Positions 7,507-14,829 of a DNA stretch of 42,920 nt are shown here, piece after piece. Made by a program: the position numbers and the translations under genes. The notes beneath the pieces are model-generated. The model had not been told where the DNA came from, made no database searches, and saw only the letters and a program-made list of their open reading frames with translations. Source of the stretch: a virus; the IMG/VR virus record IMGVR_UViG_3300045988_008560, positions 1 to 42,920 of that record; one strand, given 5' to 3'. Positions within the stretch are counted from its first letter, which is position 1; every line of letters starts with the position of its first letter.

Positions 7507-8246
7507 CACACATACCCCCAAGCGTCCTCGCATTTGTTGCCGGGGCCTTTTGCCCCCTTACGGCCACCGCGATCCTGTTCTTTGGCAAGCCAGCGAGTAA
7601 TGAATCCGCGCACACCACGCGCCGTTTTCCGCTTCGCCGGGTTATTCAGGCACCATTCCCGCATCTCCCGCAACTGCTGTATCACGTCGACAGCAGGGTA
7701 CACGCCCGCCCATTCCTGGCATTGCTCCTGCGACACCGGATATTCAGTGCCGTCATTGAGGGGGATGGAAACCACCGGCGGGGATGCCGTTTTCGGCTCG
7801 CCGCCTACTTCTTCTGGATTCTGGATTCTGGATTCTGGATTCTGGATTGGATTACGGGCGCATTTGCTTTCACCTGCTTGCAATTGATTGCAATTGATTT
7901 CAGATGTAATCAATCCGTCAGCAGGTGCCGGGAATTTGCTTACTTTGTTCCTCACCGTCTGGTGCTCGCTCCAGTTTGGAAAACATAGGTACGGTTCTCC
8001 GTCAACTTCATAGAGGATCACAGAGCCTATGGTCGCCAATTCTGCAAGCGTCTTACTGATCGTTCCCTCAGTTACACCTTTTCTGCGGGGGAATACAAAG
8101 CCTTTGAGCAATTCCGGGTCTGCGCTGCCGCGCCCATAATCATCAACGTAAGTAATCAGATATGCCCACAATCGGAATTGGAAGTCCGACATCGCATTGA
8201 TGCTTTTGCTTGTCCGAATGCTATCCTTGATGATTCTGTTCGGCAT
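7506..8246 (-). CDS. putative replication initiator / replisome organizer
   Basis: Sits directly downstream of ssb in the early operon; contains internal DNA iterons; C-terminal NNPAKRKTARGVRGFITRWLAKEQ resembles DnaD-like phage initiators. Confidence 0.55.
   Translation of the reverse strand: MPNRIIKDSIRTSKSINAMSDFQFRLWAYLITYVDDYGRGSADPELLKGFVFPRRKGVTEGTISKTLAELATIGSVILYEVDGEPYLCFPNWSEHQTVRNKVSKFPAPADGLITSEINCNQLQAGESKCARNPIQNPESRIQNPEEVGGEPKTASPPVVSIPLNDGTEYPVSQEQCQEWAGVYPAVDVIQQLREMREWCLNNPAKRKTARGVRGFITRWLAKEQDRGGRKGAKGPGNKCEDAWGYV
7812..7846. repeat. (TTCTGGA)x5 perfect tandem heptamer inside the replication gene
   Basis: cttctggattctggattctggattctggattctggattgg read directly. Confidence 0.9.
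7880..7915. repeat. gcaattgatt x2 tandem repeat plus inverted copy (aatcaat)
   Basis: gcaattgattgcaattgatttcagatgtaatcaatc; each unit contains the palindrome caattg. Confidence 0.8.
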
Positions 8247-8258
8247 ATACCCACCGCC

Positions 8259-8663
8259 TTAGAACGGAAGGTCGCCGTCATCCTCGATCTCATTAAACCC
8301 ACCGGAGGGAGCCGGTGCGCAACCGGAGTTATCGCCGCCGTCCCGCTTGGAATCGCCAAAGTACACGCTGTCAGCCACGATCTCGGCGCTGCGGCGTTTA
8401 TTGCCGTCCTTGTCCGTCCAGTCACGCAGCTGCAAGCGGCCCTCTACCACGGCCATGCGGCCCCTTGAGAAATACTTGCTCACAAATTCGGCGGTGTTGC
8501 GCCATACCACCACGTCAATGAAATCCGTTTCCTTCTCGCCGGACTGGGACTTGAAATCCCGATCGACCGCCACGGTGAAGGATGCCACCGCCGTGCCGCT
8601 GTTAGTGCGGCGCAATTCAGGGTCACGGGTCATCCGGCCCATCACAATAATTCTGTTCAGCAT
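8259..8663 (-). CDS. ssb: single-stranded DNA-binding protein
   Basis: MLNRIIVMGRMTRDPELRRT...VVWRNTAEF OB-fold signature and acidic tail DDGDLPF. Confidence 0.95.
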   Translation of the reverse strand: MLNRIIVMGRMTRDPELRRTNSGTAVASFTVAVDRDFKSQSGEKETDFIDVVVWRNTAEFVSKYFSRGRMAVVEGRLQLRDWTDKDGNKRRSAEIVADSVYFGDSKRDGGDNSGCAPAPSGGFNEIEDDGDLPF

Positions 8664-8965
8664 GAAATAGCTCCCTTTCTGTAAATCATGTCCTCCCGGT
8701 TCCAATCCGGGTAAAATGCTTTCATGTGCGTCACCAGCCGCACGTAGATGCGCTCGCGGTCTCTTAATGGCCCCTCGTCATACAGGCGGTGGCAGAGGGG
8801 GCAGAGGGTCACAATGTTCTGTTCAATTCCCTTGCCCCCTTGGGATCGCCGTACCACATGGGCCACAGGCGCGCCTGCGGGAGACCCGCAGATCACGCAC
8901 TGGTGATTGTCCCGTGCCCATACCACAACTTTCACGGATTGCGGAATGGCCGTCGCCTTTGTCAT
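8657..8965 (-). CDS. HNH endonuclease
   Basis: CVICGS...HVVRRSQGG...NIVTLCPLCH; start set at ATGA overlap (8965), alternatives at 8974/8980. Confidence 0.8.
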   Translation of the reverse strand: MTKATAIPQSVKVVVWARDNHQCVICGSPAGAPVAHVVRRSQGGKGIEQNIVTLCPLCHRLYDEGPLRDRERIYVRLVTHMKAFYPDWNREDMIYRKGAISC

Positions 8966-9495
8966 TTTGTGCATCCCCATTCCTCCATCATCCCCGCCAG
9001 CTTGTCCGGAGGCAGGGTCTCAATGCCTTGCTCCTGGCAATCTTGAACGATTAAATCAATAAGCCTGGACATTTGCGCGGTATCGTAGGTGCTGGAACCG
9101 TAGTACAAAACCACCCTGACGCAGCCGGGGAGCTTGCTTGGCATGGTATCTGTCTGCCAGCCAAGCCCGTTATGCTCCCAACCGCTCTGGAGCTTGTCCG
9201 CTGCTTCCGCTGTCACGCACACCGTTTCGTTGTTCCCGCCGATTTCTCGGATATACCGTCGGTAGATTTCCGTTTTGGGAATCCGAAGCTTTTCAGCCAG
9301 CCGGTCAATCAACAGCCATGCGTAGGCGTTGGAATCGAGGCTCCGCTTCTCCCGGTGTTCCTTGATCTCCACGTCGTAGACCTTGCCGGGTTTCAGGCTG
9401 TCCAGTGTCCGCCGTGCGTCCTTGGTCTGGATGCAGAGCCAGTCCCCGGCACTGTCCATAGACCAGCGGAACGATGTGGCATTAACCTGCTGCAT
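8962..9495 (-). CDS. NinB/Orf-like recombination mediator
   Basis: Trimmed to MQQVNATS; KRSLDSNAYAWLLIDRL resembles the RSLDQN...W motif of lambda NinB; adjacent to ERF. Confidence 0.5.
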   Translation of the reverse strand: MQQVNATSFRWSMDSAGDWLCIQTKDARRTLDSLKPGKVYDVEIKEHREKRSLDSNAYAWLLIDRLAEKLRIPKTEIYRRYIREIGGNNETVCVTAEAADKLQSGWEHNGLGWQTDTMPSKLPGCVRVVLYYGSSTYDTAQMSRLIDLIVQDCQEQGIETLPPDKLAGMMEEWGCTK

Positions 9496-10138
9496 CGTTG
9501 GCCTCCTTGGCCTCGGATACGCACTTCTCGCACAGCGCATAGCCGTACAGTTCCTTCGCTCTCGCCGCCAGACGTGCCGCCTTCACCGTGGCCCTGCCGT
9601 CAAAGTAATCCATCACCTGACCGCCGCAGCGCTCACAGATAACGGTGGCATCGCCCTGCGGAGGCAATCTGTACCCTGGCTTCTGCCGCGTTGGGATCGC
9701 CGGTTCCTTCGGTCTGCTCGGCTCCGGCGTTTCCGCGTCCGGGTCCTTCATTTCCTCGGTGGGGATGCAGAATACCTGGAAAAACGCATACTTCATGGCA
9801 ATCGCCATCGCCTTGTTGCTGGCCTTGTCTCCGCTGTCCATGCCCTCACCGATCACCACCGCAGAAACGCTGGTGCCGTCCTCCGCGTAGAACGTGTATT
9901 TGACTTTCAGCATGGAATACAGCAGCGTACCGCCCTTGTTGGTCACACGATCCTCCCGTGACTGATCGATCACCTCCGGCACAACGAACACCTTGTGCTT
10001 GGACAGGATCGGCTGCAAAGCGTTCATCACATCGTCGATGCCGCGATACTTGAAGCCCTGCTGCTGGTTCTTCTTCTCCTTCCCAATCGCCGGAATTTCC
10101 TGCATGATCGCAGTAATGCTTTCAAAGATATTCATCAC
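9482..10138 (-). CDS. erf: ERF-family single-strand annealing protein
   Basis: EKKNQQQGFKYRGIDDVMNALQPILSKHKVFV and GDKASNKAMAIAMKYAFFQVF match ERF family signatures. Confidence 0.8.
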   Translation of the reverse strand: MMNIFESITAIMQEIPAIGKEKKNQQQGFKYRGIDDVMNALQPILSKHKVFVVPEVIDQSREDRVTNKGGTLLYSMLKVKYTFYAEDGTSVSAVVIGEGMDSGDKASNKAMAIAMKYAFFQVFCIPTEEMKDPDAETPEPSRPKEPAIPTRQKPGYRLPPQGDATVICERCGGQVMDYFDGRATVKAARLAARAKELYGYALCEKCVSEAKEANDAAG

Positions 10139-10617
10139 TTCACCCCCACGCTATAACCATTCACCAGCTCCGCGCCGGGGACGGCTTCTGTTTTCATGAT
10201 CTTGGCAAGCCCCGCCTTGCTGATGGTCGGCTCCGCATACTGGATACAGTCCTCGTGCGCATGGTCCTGCAGCCATGCCAAAACAGTGTCAGGGTCAGCC
10301 ACATTCACGCTGGTAGTCTTGCGGAAGTTCACCGCGCAGCGGGGGGATTCAAATTTCTGCCCCTGCAAGGCGTACGCCAGATAGTCCTTAAGGCGCTGGG
10401 CCTTGTTCTCCGCCGCCTTCTGCCGTTCGGCAAAGGCGAGCTTCTCAGCCTTGTAGGCAGCGGCATCCGCCACCAGATTCTTGTAATATAGCGCGATGTT
10501 CTCGATCTTCTGATCCCGTGCCATGCTCAGTTGGTCGAAGGCGCCAAAGTCGCTGACCTCGCCGGTCTCCGGGTCTACCAGGGCCGTAATGGCCGCATCA
10601 ATTTCGTAAAGGTTCAT
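10135..10617 (-). CDS. Siphovirus Gp157-like protein
   Basis: MNLYEIDAAITALVDPETGEV...KIENIALYYKNL...RLKDYL pattern typical of Gp157 family; upstream of recombinase. Confidence 0.55.
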   Translation of the reverse strand: MNLYEIDAAITALVDPETGEVSDFGAFDQLSMARDQKIENIALYYKNLVADAAAYKAEKLAFAERQKAAENKAQRLKDYLAYALQGQKFESPRCAVNFRKTTSVNVADPDTVLAWLQDHAHEDCIQYAEPTISKAGLAKIMKTEAVPGAELVNGYSVGVK

Positions 10618-10823
10618 TCTTCCCTCCTATATCTCGCAAACCGCACGGTCTCGCCGTAGCGGTTCTTCTGTGTGACCGTCTCCACGTCAAGCGCCACGCC
10701 GTCCCGCCGCAAGTCAGAGACCCGCGCCGTGAAATTGGCGATGCCGCACTCGCTCATGGCCTCGGCCCGTGTGATGCTGCCGTGTTCATCCAGATACTTC
10801 AAAATCCGCTCACACTGCGTCAT
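10614..10823 (-). CDS. winged-helix DNA-binding protein
   Basis: Trimmed to MTQCERILKYLDEHGSITRAEAMSECGIANFTARVSDLRRDG; SD GGAGGG. Confidence 0.6.
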   Translation of the reverse strand: MTQCERILKYLDEHGSITRAEAMSECGIANFTARVSDLRRDGVALDVETVTQKNRYGETVRFARYRREE

Positions 10824-10824
10824 A

Positions 10825-11034
10825 TCAGCCCTCCGGGATGTCGATGATCGCGATCCCCATGGCATGTGCCACGGTCTCCGGGTCGCTGTCCACCGCGTCC
10901 TTCATCCACTCCTTGAAGCACTCCGGGCAGTAGCACTCGCCGTTCACCAGGAACCCAGGGGCCACGTCATCGTAAAGGCCGGGGTCCATCACCGTGGAAC
11001 AGTGGGCGCACACCGGATATACCTTGCATCTCAT
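10825..11034 (-). CDS. hypothetical Cys-rich protein
   Basis: Trimmed to MRCKVYPVCAHC...CYCPEC; ATGA overlap with upstream gene. Confidence 0.65.
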   Translation of the reverse strand: MRCKVYPVCAHCSTVMDPGLYDDVAPGFLVNGECYCPECFKEWMKDAVDSDPETVAHAMGIAIIDIPEG

Positions 11035-11231
11035 TTCCACGCATCCCCTCTCTGCCACGCCTTCGTGGCGCTGTTCTGGCTGGTGTAACCGCCGGTCTTG
11101 GCCCCGCAGAACCCGCAGCGCACGTAATGCTTAAACGGTGCGTCCGTGGATTGCACCCGCTCACCGCTGTCCGTCCCGCACACCGGGCAAGGCCGCAGCG
11201 GCATCCGCTCTTTTCGATTCCTTGCGTTCAT
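11031..11231 (-). CDS. Lar-like restriction alleviation protein
   Basis: Trimmed to MNARNRKERMPLRPCPVCG...VRCGFCGAKTG...ATKAWQRG: two CxxCG knuckles and A..W.R tail as in Lar family. Confidence 0.55.
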   Translation of the reverse strand: MNARNRKERMPLRPCPVCGTDSGERVQSTDAPFKHYVRCGFCGAKTGGYTSQNSATKAWQRGDAWK

Positions 11232-11350
11232 CTCGCACTCACCACCATATACGACAGGGCAATCAATAACAGCGCCAGAAAGCACATGAAGCCCATCCAT
11301 GCGGAGGCATCCGTCTTCCGCTGCTCCCGCGTCCGTCTGTCACGCTTCAT
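11228..11350 (-). CDS. tiny membrane protein (40 aa), not in ORF track
   Basis: MKRDRRTREQRKTDASAWMGFMCFLALLLIALSYMVVSAR; ATGA overlap with Lar-like gene. Confidence 0.35.
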   Translation of the reverse strand: MKRDRRTREQRKTDASAWMGFMCFLALLLIALSYMVVSAR

Positions 11351-11444
11351 GCCGTCCCCTCCCCTCAATGAAATCCACGATCTTAAAGGGCCACGTAGCC
11401 GCATACGCCACGCCCAGGATCATAAAAAACAAACTCCAATCCAT
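11340..11444 (-). CDS. tiny membrane protein (34 aa), not in ORF track
   Basis: MDWSLFFMILGVAYAATWPFKIVDFIEGRGRHEA; start overlaps stop of 11444..11698 by 1 nt. Confidence 0.35.
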   Translation of the reverse strand: MDWSLFFMILGVAYAATWPFKIVDFIEGRGRHEA

Positions 11445-11698
11445 CACCGGCACCTCACTAACTGCGCCAACTCCTGCGCGTCAAATTTCAAAAGCTTGTC
11501 CAGCTTGTCCAGGTCATCCAGCGTCATGCGCGTTGTACCGCAGATTCGCTTGCTGACCCATGCGTCCGGCAGGCCCATAGCCCGTTCTATGCTCCGCTGG
11601 TTCCGGTATCCCCGTAAATGTGCCTTGCTTTCGATTAGGTTCCGGCGGAAGTCGATCCGCTCCTGCCGCATATCCCGATTCAACTTTACTTTCGGCAT
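11444..11698 (-). CDS. hypothetical early protein (basic, possibly DNA-binding)
   Basis: 84-aa ORF with GGAAAGGAAAA upstream of ATG. Confidence 0.7.
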   Translation of the reverse strand: MPKVKLNRDMRQERIDFRRNLIESKAHLRGYRNQRSIERAMGLPDAWVSKRICGTTRMTLDDLDKLDKLLKFDAQELAQLVRCR

Positions 11699-11766
11699 TG
11701 CATTTTCCTTTCCCCTGTGCTAAAATAGCCACAGGACACATATCTGAACCTAAGATTTGTTCCGCC

Positions 11767-11806
11767 GCCCTGCCCGGTCTGCTACACCGGGCGGGGCATT
11801 TTTTAT
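11767..11806 (+). terminator. 11-bp GC-rich hairpin followed by T6, oriented on the plus strand
   Basis: gccctgcccgg-tctgctaca-ccgggcggggc-attttttatt; no T tract in the minus orientation although it lies between minus-strand genes. Confidence 0.5.
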
Positions 11807-11964
11807 TCCACACGCCAGATTTCGTAGATGGTAACGCCATGCGACGCCATCTTTGCCGCAAATTTTACGGCCTGCGCCTCGGAAGTGAAACCATCGCTTG
11901 CGCCGCGCTGTCCCGCAACGCCGTTATCGTGGCAGATTGCCCAGTTCTCATTCATACGTGTCAT
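11803..11964 (-). CDS. hypothetical early protein (53 aa)
   Basis: ORF 11803..12093 trimmed to MTRMNENWAICHDNG with GGAGGGGAGGAAAG directly upstream. Confidence 0.65.
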   Translation of the reverse strand: MTRMNENWAICHDNGVAGQRGASDGFTSEAQAVKFAAKMASHGVTIYEIWRVE

Positions 11965-11987
11965 CTTTCCTCCCCTCCTGTTGTGTG

Positions 11988-12191
11988 TTAGTTCTCTTCG
12001 CTGGTCTTGAACAGTTCGTCCACCGTCACGCCGTACATCCTCGCCAGCTTCTTGTGGTACTTCCGTGCCGGTCGCCAGTCGCCCAGCTCCCAATGCGTCA
12101 CACAGGACAAATCAACATTCAGCTTCTTCGCTACCTGTGCACGGGTCAGGCTGGAACGTTCTCGCAGTTCTCTCAATGCCAAATCATGCAT
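11988..12191 (-). CDS. Cro-like XRE HTH regulator (first gene of early operon)
   Basis: MHDLALRELRERSSLTRAQVAKKLNVDLSCVTHWELG; divergent from CI-like gene; SD AAAGGAGG abuts the ATG so the exact start is uncertain. Confidence 0.75.
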   Translation of the reverse strand: MHDLALRELRERSSLTRAQVAKKLNVDLSCVTHWELGDWRPARKYHKKLARMYGVTVDELFKTSEEN

Positions 12192-12219
12192 CCTCCTTTC
12201 AATACCCGCCGAAACCTCA

Positions 12220-12234
12220 CGAATGTGAGAAATC
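12220..12234 (+). promoter_or_regulatory. candidate operator, copy 1 (CGAATGTGAGAAATC)
   Basis: 14/15 identical to 12405..12419; embedded in TCACGAATGTGA partial palindrome just left of the plus-strand -35. Confidence 0.4.
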
Positions 12235-12238
12235 ACGC

Positions 12239-12267
12239 TTGACACGACCCGGAAAGCGTATTACAAT
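12239..12267 (+). promoter_or_regulatory. consensus sigma-70-type promoter reading towards the CI-like gene
   Basis: TTGACA - 17 nt - TACAAT read directly. Confidence 0.6.
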
Positions 12268-12346
12268 GAAATCGCCAAAAGACATTGCAAAAGCCGCTTT
12301 TATGGGGGCTGGTTTTCGTGTACCCTTTTCCGGTGGGCTTAGGTAT

Positions 12347-12375
12347 ATGATACCTCACAAAATTTAACTTTGCAA
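12347..12375 (-). promoter_or_regulatory. candidate early (Cro) promoter on minus strand
   Basis: Reverse complement reads TTGCAA - 17 nt - TATCAT; it faces the plus-strand promoter. Confidence 0.4.
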
Positions 12376-12404
12376 TAGCGATTCCTAAATTTTTTTAACT
12401 TTGG

Positions 12405-12419
12405 CGAATGTGACAAATC
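12405..12419 (+). promoter_or_regulatory. candidate operator, copy 2 (CGAATGTGACAAATC)
   Basis: Direct repeat of 12220..12234, lies over the CI-like gene ribosome-binding region. Confidence 0.4.
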
Positions 12420-12431
12420 TGAGGTTTATTT

Positions 12432-12800
12432 ATGGACATTGTGTTGGAGCGCATATTAAGCCTTATCCCCAAGGGTCCAGATGGGAAATATGTGCATGGC
12501 GCAAAAACGAAATTTGCAAAGAAGATTGGATACAACGATGGCGCAATCGTTGCTATGTGGGAGAACGGAAGCAGCATTTCATACAATAAAAAGCTGTACC
12601 AAATAGCCGAAGAATACAATGTGTCCGTTGAATGGCTCCAGGGCAAAACGAAAGATAAGAGCATAAAAGAAACCCCCGATCCGAAGATCGAGGGTGTGGA
12701 CGATAAAATCGCGCAGTTTATCCGATCCGCATCTGCGGATGAATTAACTGAGATTTCACGCTATATTGAATATTTGAAAAGCAAGAGGAATAATGCATGA
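12432..12800 (+). CDS. CI-like phage repressor (HTH)
   Basis: KFAKKIGYNDGAIVAMWENGSSISYNKKLYQIAEEYNVSVEWLQG; divergent from Cro-like gene, same strand as integrase. Confidence 0.75.
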   Translation: MDIVLERILSLIPKGPDGKYVHGAKTKFAKKIGYNDGAIVAMWENGSSISYNKKLYQIAEEYNVSVEWLQGKTKDKSIKETPDPKIEGVDDKIAQFIRSASADELTEISRYIEYLKSKRNNA

Positions 12801-12855
12801 AACTGGGCCGCAGTCCAGTGGATGACAAATACAAAATAAACCAGGGGGGGCAAAA

Positions 12856-13419
12856 ATGCCTGTCGGTGATTTTATTAAAGCCCACGGCGTAAGTTTTTCA
12901 GTGGAAAGAAATGGTGAAAATGTATCCATTGAAAAAGGGCTGCCAAATTTCGATAAAATGCGCGGGAAAGATACTATCAATTTTCTCCCGACGGTCGATA
13001 TAAAAGAAGGCGATGCCCTGACTTTTCCTGACGGAAAAACGGTATATGTTTCCGAAATTTCAACAGAATCCCATAGCGGTACCGCAAATTTTCTAAACGT
13101 GTACTATCAGAAAACGCCTATCCGGGAAAATCCTTCTCATCAATCGCAGACAATTTTTAATATCGGCACCGTTACAAACTCGGTAATTGGTAATAACAAT
13201 TCTGTTTCTGTTTCTATCCAAGAGATGAAAGAGCGTGCCGAACGGGATGGTGGGAACGATAAGGAAGCCCTGCAAGAGATCATTTCTATTTTGGAAAAGA
13301 TCATTGCAGGGCAAGAAATGCCAAAGCAGGGGTTGTTAAGTAAATTCGGTGCTTGTATGGAACGAAACTCGTGGATAACGGGGGCTATTGCGTCCGCTTT
13401 AATTGGCTGGCTGATTTAA
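12856..13419 (+). CDS. hypothetical C-terminally membrane-anchored protein (candidate superinfection exclusion/abortive infection)
   Basis: SD GGGGGGG; Asn/Ser-rich IFNIGTVTNSVIGNNNSVSVSIQ, helical tail, hydrophobic NSWITGAIASALIGWLI; AT-rich; directly downstream of repressor. Confidence 0.7.
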   Translation: MPVGDFIKAHGVSFSVERNGENVSIEKGLPNFDKMRGKDTINFLPTVDIKEGDALTFPDGKTVYVSEISTESHSGTANFLNVYYQKTPIRENPSHQSQTIFNIGTVTNSVIGNNNSVSVSIQEMKERAERDGGNDKEALQEIISILEKIIAGQEMPKQGLLSKFGACMERNSWITGAIASALIGWLI

Positions 13420-13596
13420 GGCCACCTGAGTATCTGCGAAGCAACAATCAAGATTGAGCGTCAAGCGAACACTGCCATCGCTGTTTTGCTCCAAACAATA
13501 CGCTTTGACATTGCTAATCTCAACGTCGCCAATTTTTACGCTGTAATAGTTCCCAAAGCATGAAACAGCAATAGATTGCAAATCTTCTCTTCTCAT
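13399..13596 (-). CDS. hypothetical protein
   Basis: ORF 13399..13653 trimmed to MRREDLQS; last gene of a 4-ORF antisense-oriented mini-operon in the lysogeny module. Confidence 0.55.
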   Translation of the reverse strand: MRREDLQSIAVSCFGNYYSVKIGDVEISNVKAYCLEQNSDGSVRLTLNLDCCFADTQVALNQPAN

Positions 13597-13642
13597 AATG
13601 AACCTCCTTTTCATACGGTAATTAAACAATCTCCATCGGCGG

Positions 13643-13897
13643 CTATCGAACAAATCTTAACTCAAAAGGCGTAACATCATACCCGCCATCGGTTTCTTTC
13701 ACGCTTATATGGACAGCGTGGAATTGCGTATTTTGAGCAGCAACCTGATTGCTGGCACGAATGGCCTGATCCAGACAAGCCGGAAGATATTTTGCGCCAT
13801 CTGCGGAAAGTCCAGACGCACAGATTGCGTCCATGCAGCGGTTCACAGCGTCAACCATTTTGGTGTCTCTGTACCATGCAATCATAGCCTCTTTCAT
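13643..13897 (-). CDS. hypothetical protein
   Basis: Trimmed to MKEAMIAWY (ATG 13897) with AAGGAG 9 nt upstream. Confidence 0.65.
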   Translation of the reverse strand: MKEAMIAWYRDTKMVDAVNRCMDAICASGLSADGAKYLPACLDQAIRASNQVAAQNTQFHAVHISVKETDGGYDVTPFELRFVR

Positions 13898-14039
13898 TGG
13901 CTGTTTCTCCTTCAATAAATCTTAAAAGCTGTACCTTTTCTTCATACGAAAGCGCCAGCGCGACGCATACCAGTTTTTTGCGCAGTATCTCAACGTCTGC
14001 TCTGCTTATTGTATCACATTTTGCGTCGTTATACAACAT
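13851..14039 (-). CDS. hypothetical protein (overlaps next gene by 47 nt)
   Basis: 62-aa ORF MLYNDAKCDTISRADVEILRKKL...; unusually long overlap lowers confidence. Confidence 0.4.
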   Translation of the reverse strand: MLYNDAKCDTISRADVEILRKKLVCVALALSYEEKVQLLRFIEGETANERGYDCMVQRHQNG

Positions 14040-14181
14040 CTTGCGTCCCCCCGTTTGGCTCTAAGGCTATTTTTTGCTCCTCCTCTGCGAGGATGCGCTT
14101 AATCAGTGCGAGCGTTTCATCTTTCTGCTTCGGCGTTAGGATCAGATACAGCGCCGCCGCAGCTTGCACCTGTGCGTCCAT
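14029..14181 (-). CDS. small hypothetical protein (50 aa), not in ORF track
   Basis: MDAQVQAAAALYLILTPKQKDETLALIKRILAEEEQKIALEPNGGTQDVV; GAGGT 6 nt upstream. Confidence 0.4.
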   Translation of the reverse strand: MDAQVQAAAALYLILTPKQKDETLALIKRILAEEEQKIALEPNGGTQDVV

Positions 14182-14368
14182 ACTTCGACCTCATTTTCGG
14201 TATTCATCCCTATGTTCTACAACAGGTGTTTGATGCACGGCGCTGTGCAACAATTAAGAAATACTGTGGAGCGGCTTACGGCCGCAGGGTCACTTTTTAT
14301 TTTACTATATGTCGATTATTGCACTTTGTTCAGTCGAAAATACAATAACAGAGGGGAGAAAGTTTATC

Positions 14369-14617
14369 ATGATATGTCCAAATTGCGGAAGCGAAAATGT
14401 AACGATTGAAATTCAGCAGGTTTCGACCTCCACGAAAAAACACGGAAACGGAATTGGCGGGCATCTGAACAATGCCGCCCGCGGCGTGACTGCGTTTTGC
14501 ACTCTCGGCATATCTAATCTCGTTTGGAAAAAAAGCAAGGGGAACGAAAAGACTGTCGTTAAAAACGAAAAGATTTGTCTTTGCCAAAACTGCGGCAATT
14601 CCTGGGCTATTAGCTAA
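14369..14617 (+). CDS. double zinc-ribbon protein with central hydrophobic segment
   Basis: Trimmed to MICPNCGSENV ... GVTAFCTLGISNLVW ... CLCQNCGNSW; SD GAGGGGAG. Confidence 0.7.
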   Translation: MICPNCGSENVTIEIQQVSTSTKKHGNGIGGHLNNAARGVTAFCTLGISNLVWKKSKGNEKTVVKNEKICLCQNCGNSWAIS

Positions 14618-14622
14618 CCAAT

Positions 14623-14655
14623 GCCCCCGCCGCCTCTGCAACAAACGGCGGGGGC
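14623..14655 (+). terminator. 10-bp GC hairpin after the zinc-ribbon gene (no T tract)
   Basis: gcccccgccg-13 nt-cggcgggggc, followed by a second hairpin ggcaagcc/ggcttgcc at 14660..14686. Confidence 0.3.
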
Positions 14656-14829
14656 CGGAGGGCAAGCCTTGGGGGCATTGGCTTGCCGTGATGTAACCGT
14701 AACAGAAACAGGGTAGGTAGAGCAATTTTCAAATTCGGGTATTCGACACCTTCCGACAAATTGTTACAAAACCAAAATTGGTCTCTGCCTGTCCATATTT
14801 TGTCTGATTATGCAGGAGGGGGTATTTTT

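Noticed and set aside
7812-7846. The heptamer and TMP tandem repeats as CRISPR arrays
   Set aside because: The units are contiguous with no unique spacers and lie inside coding sequences. There are no cas genes.
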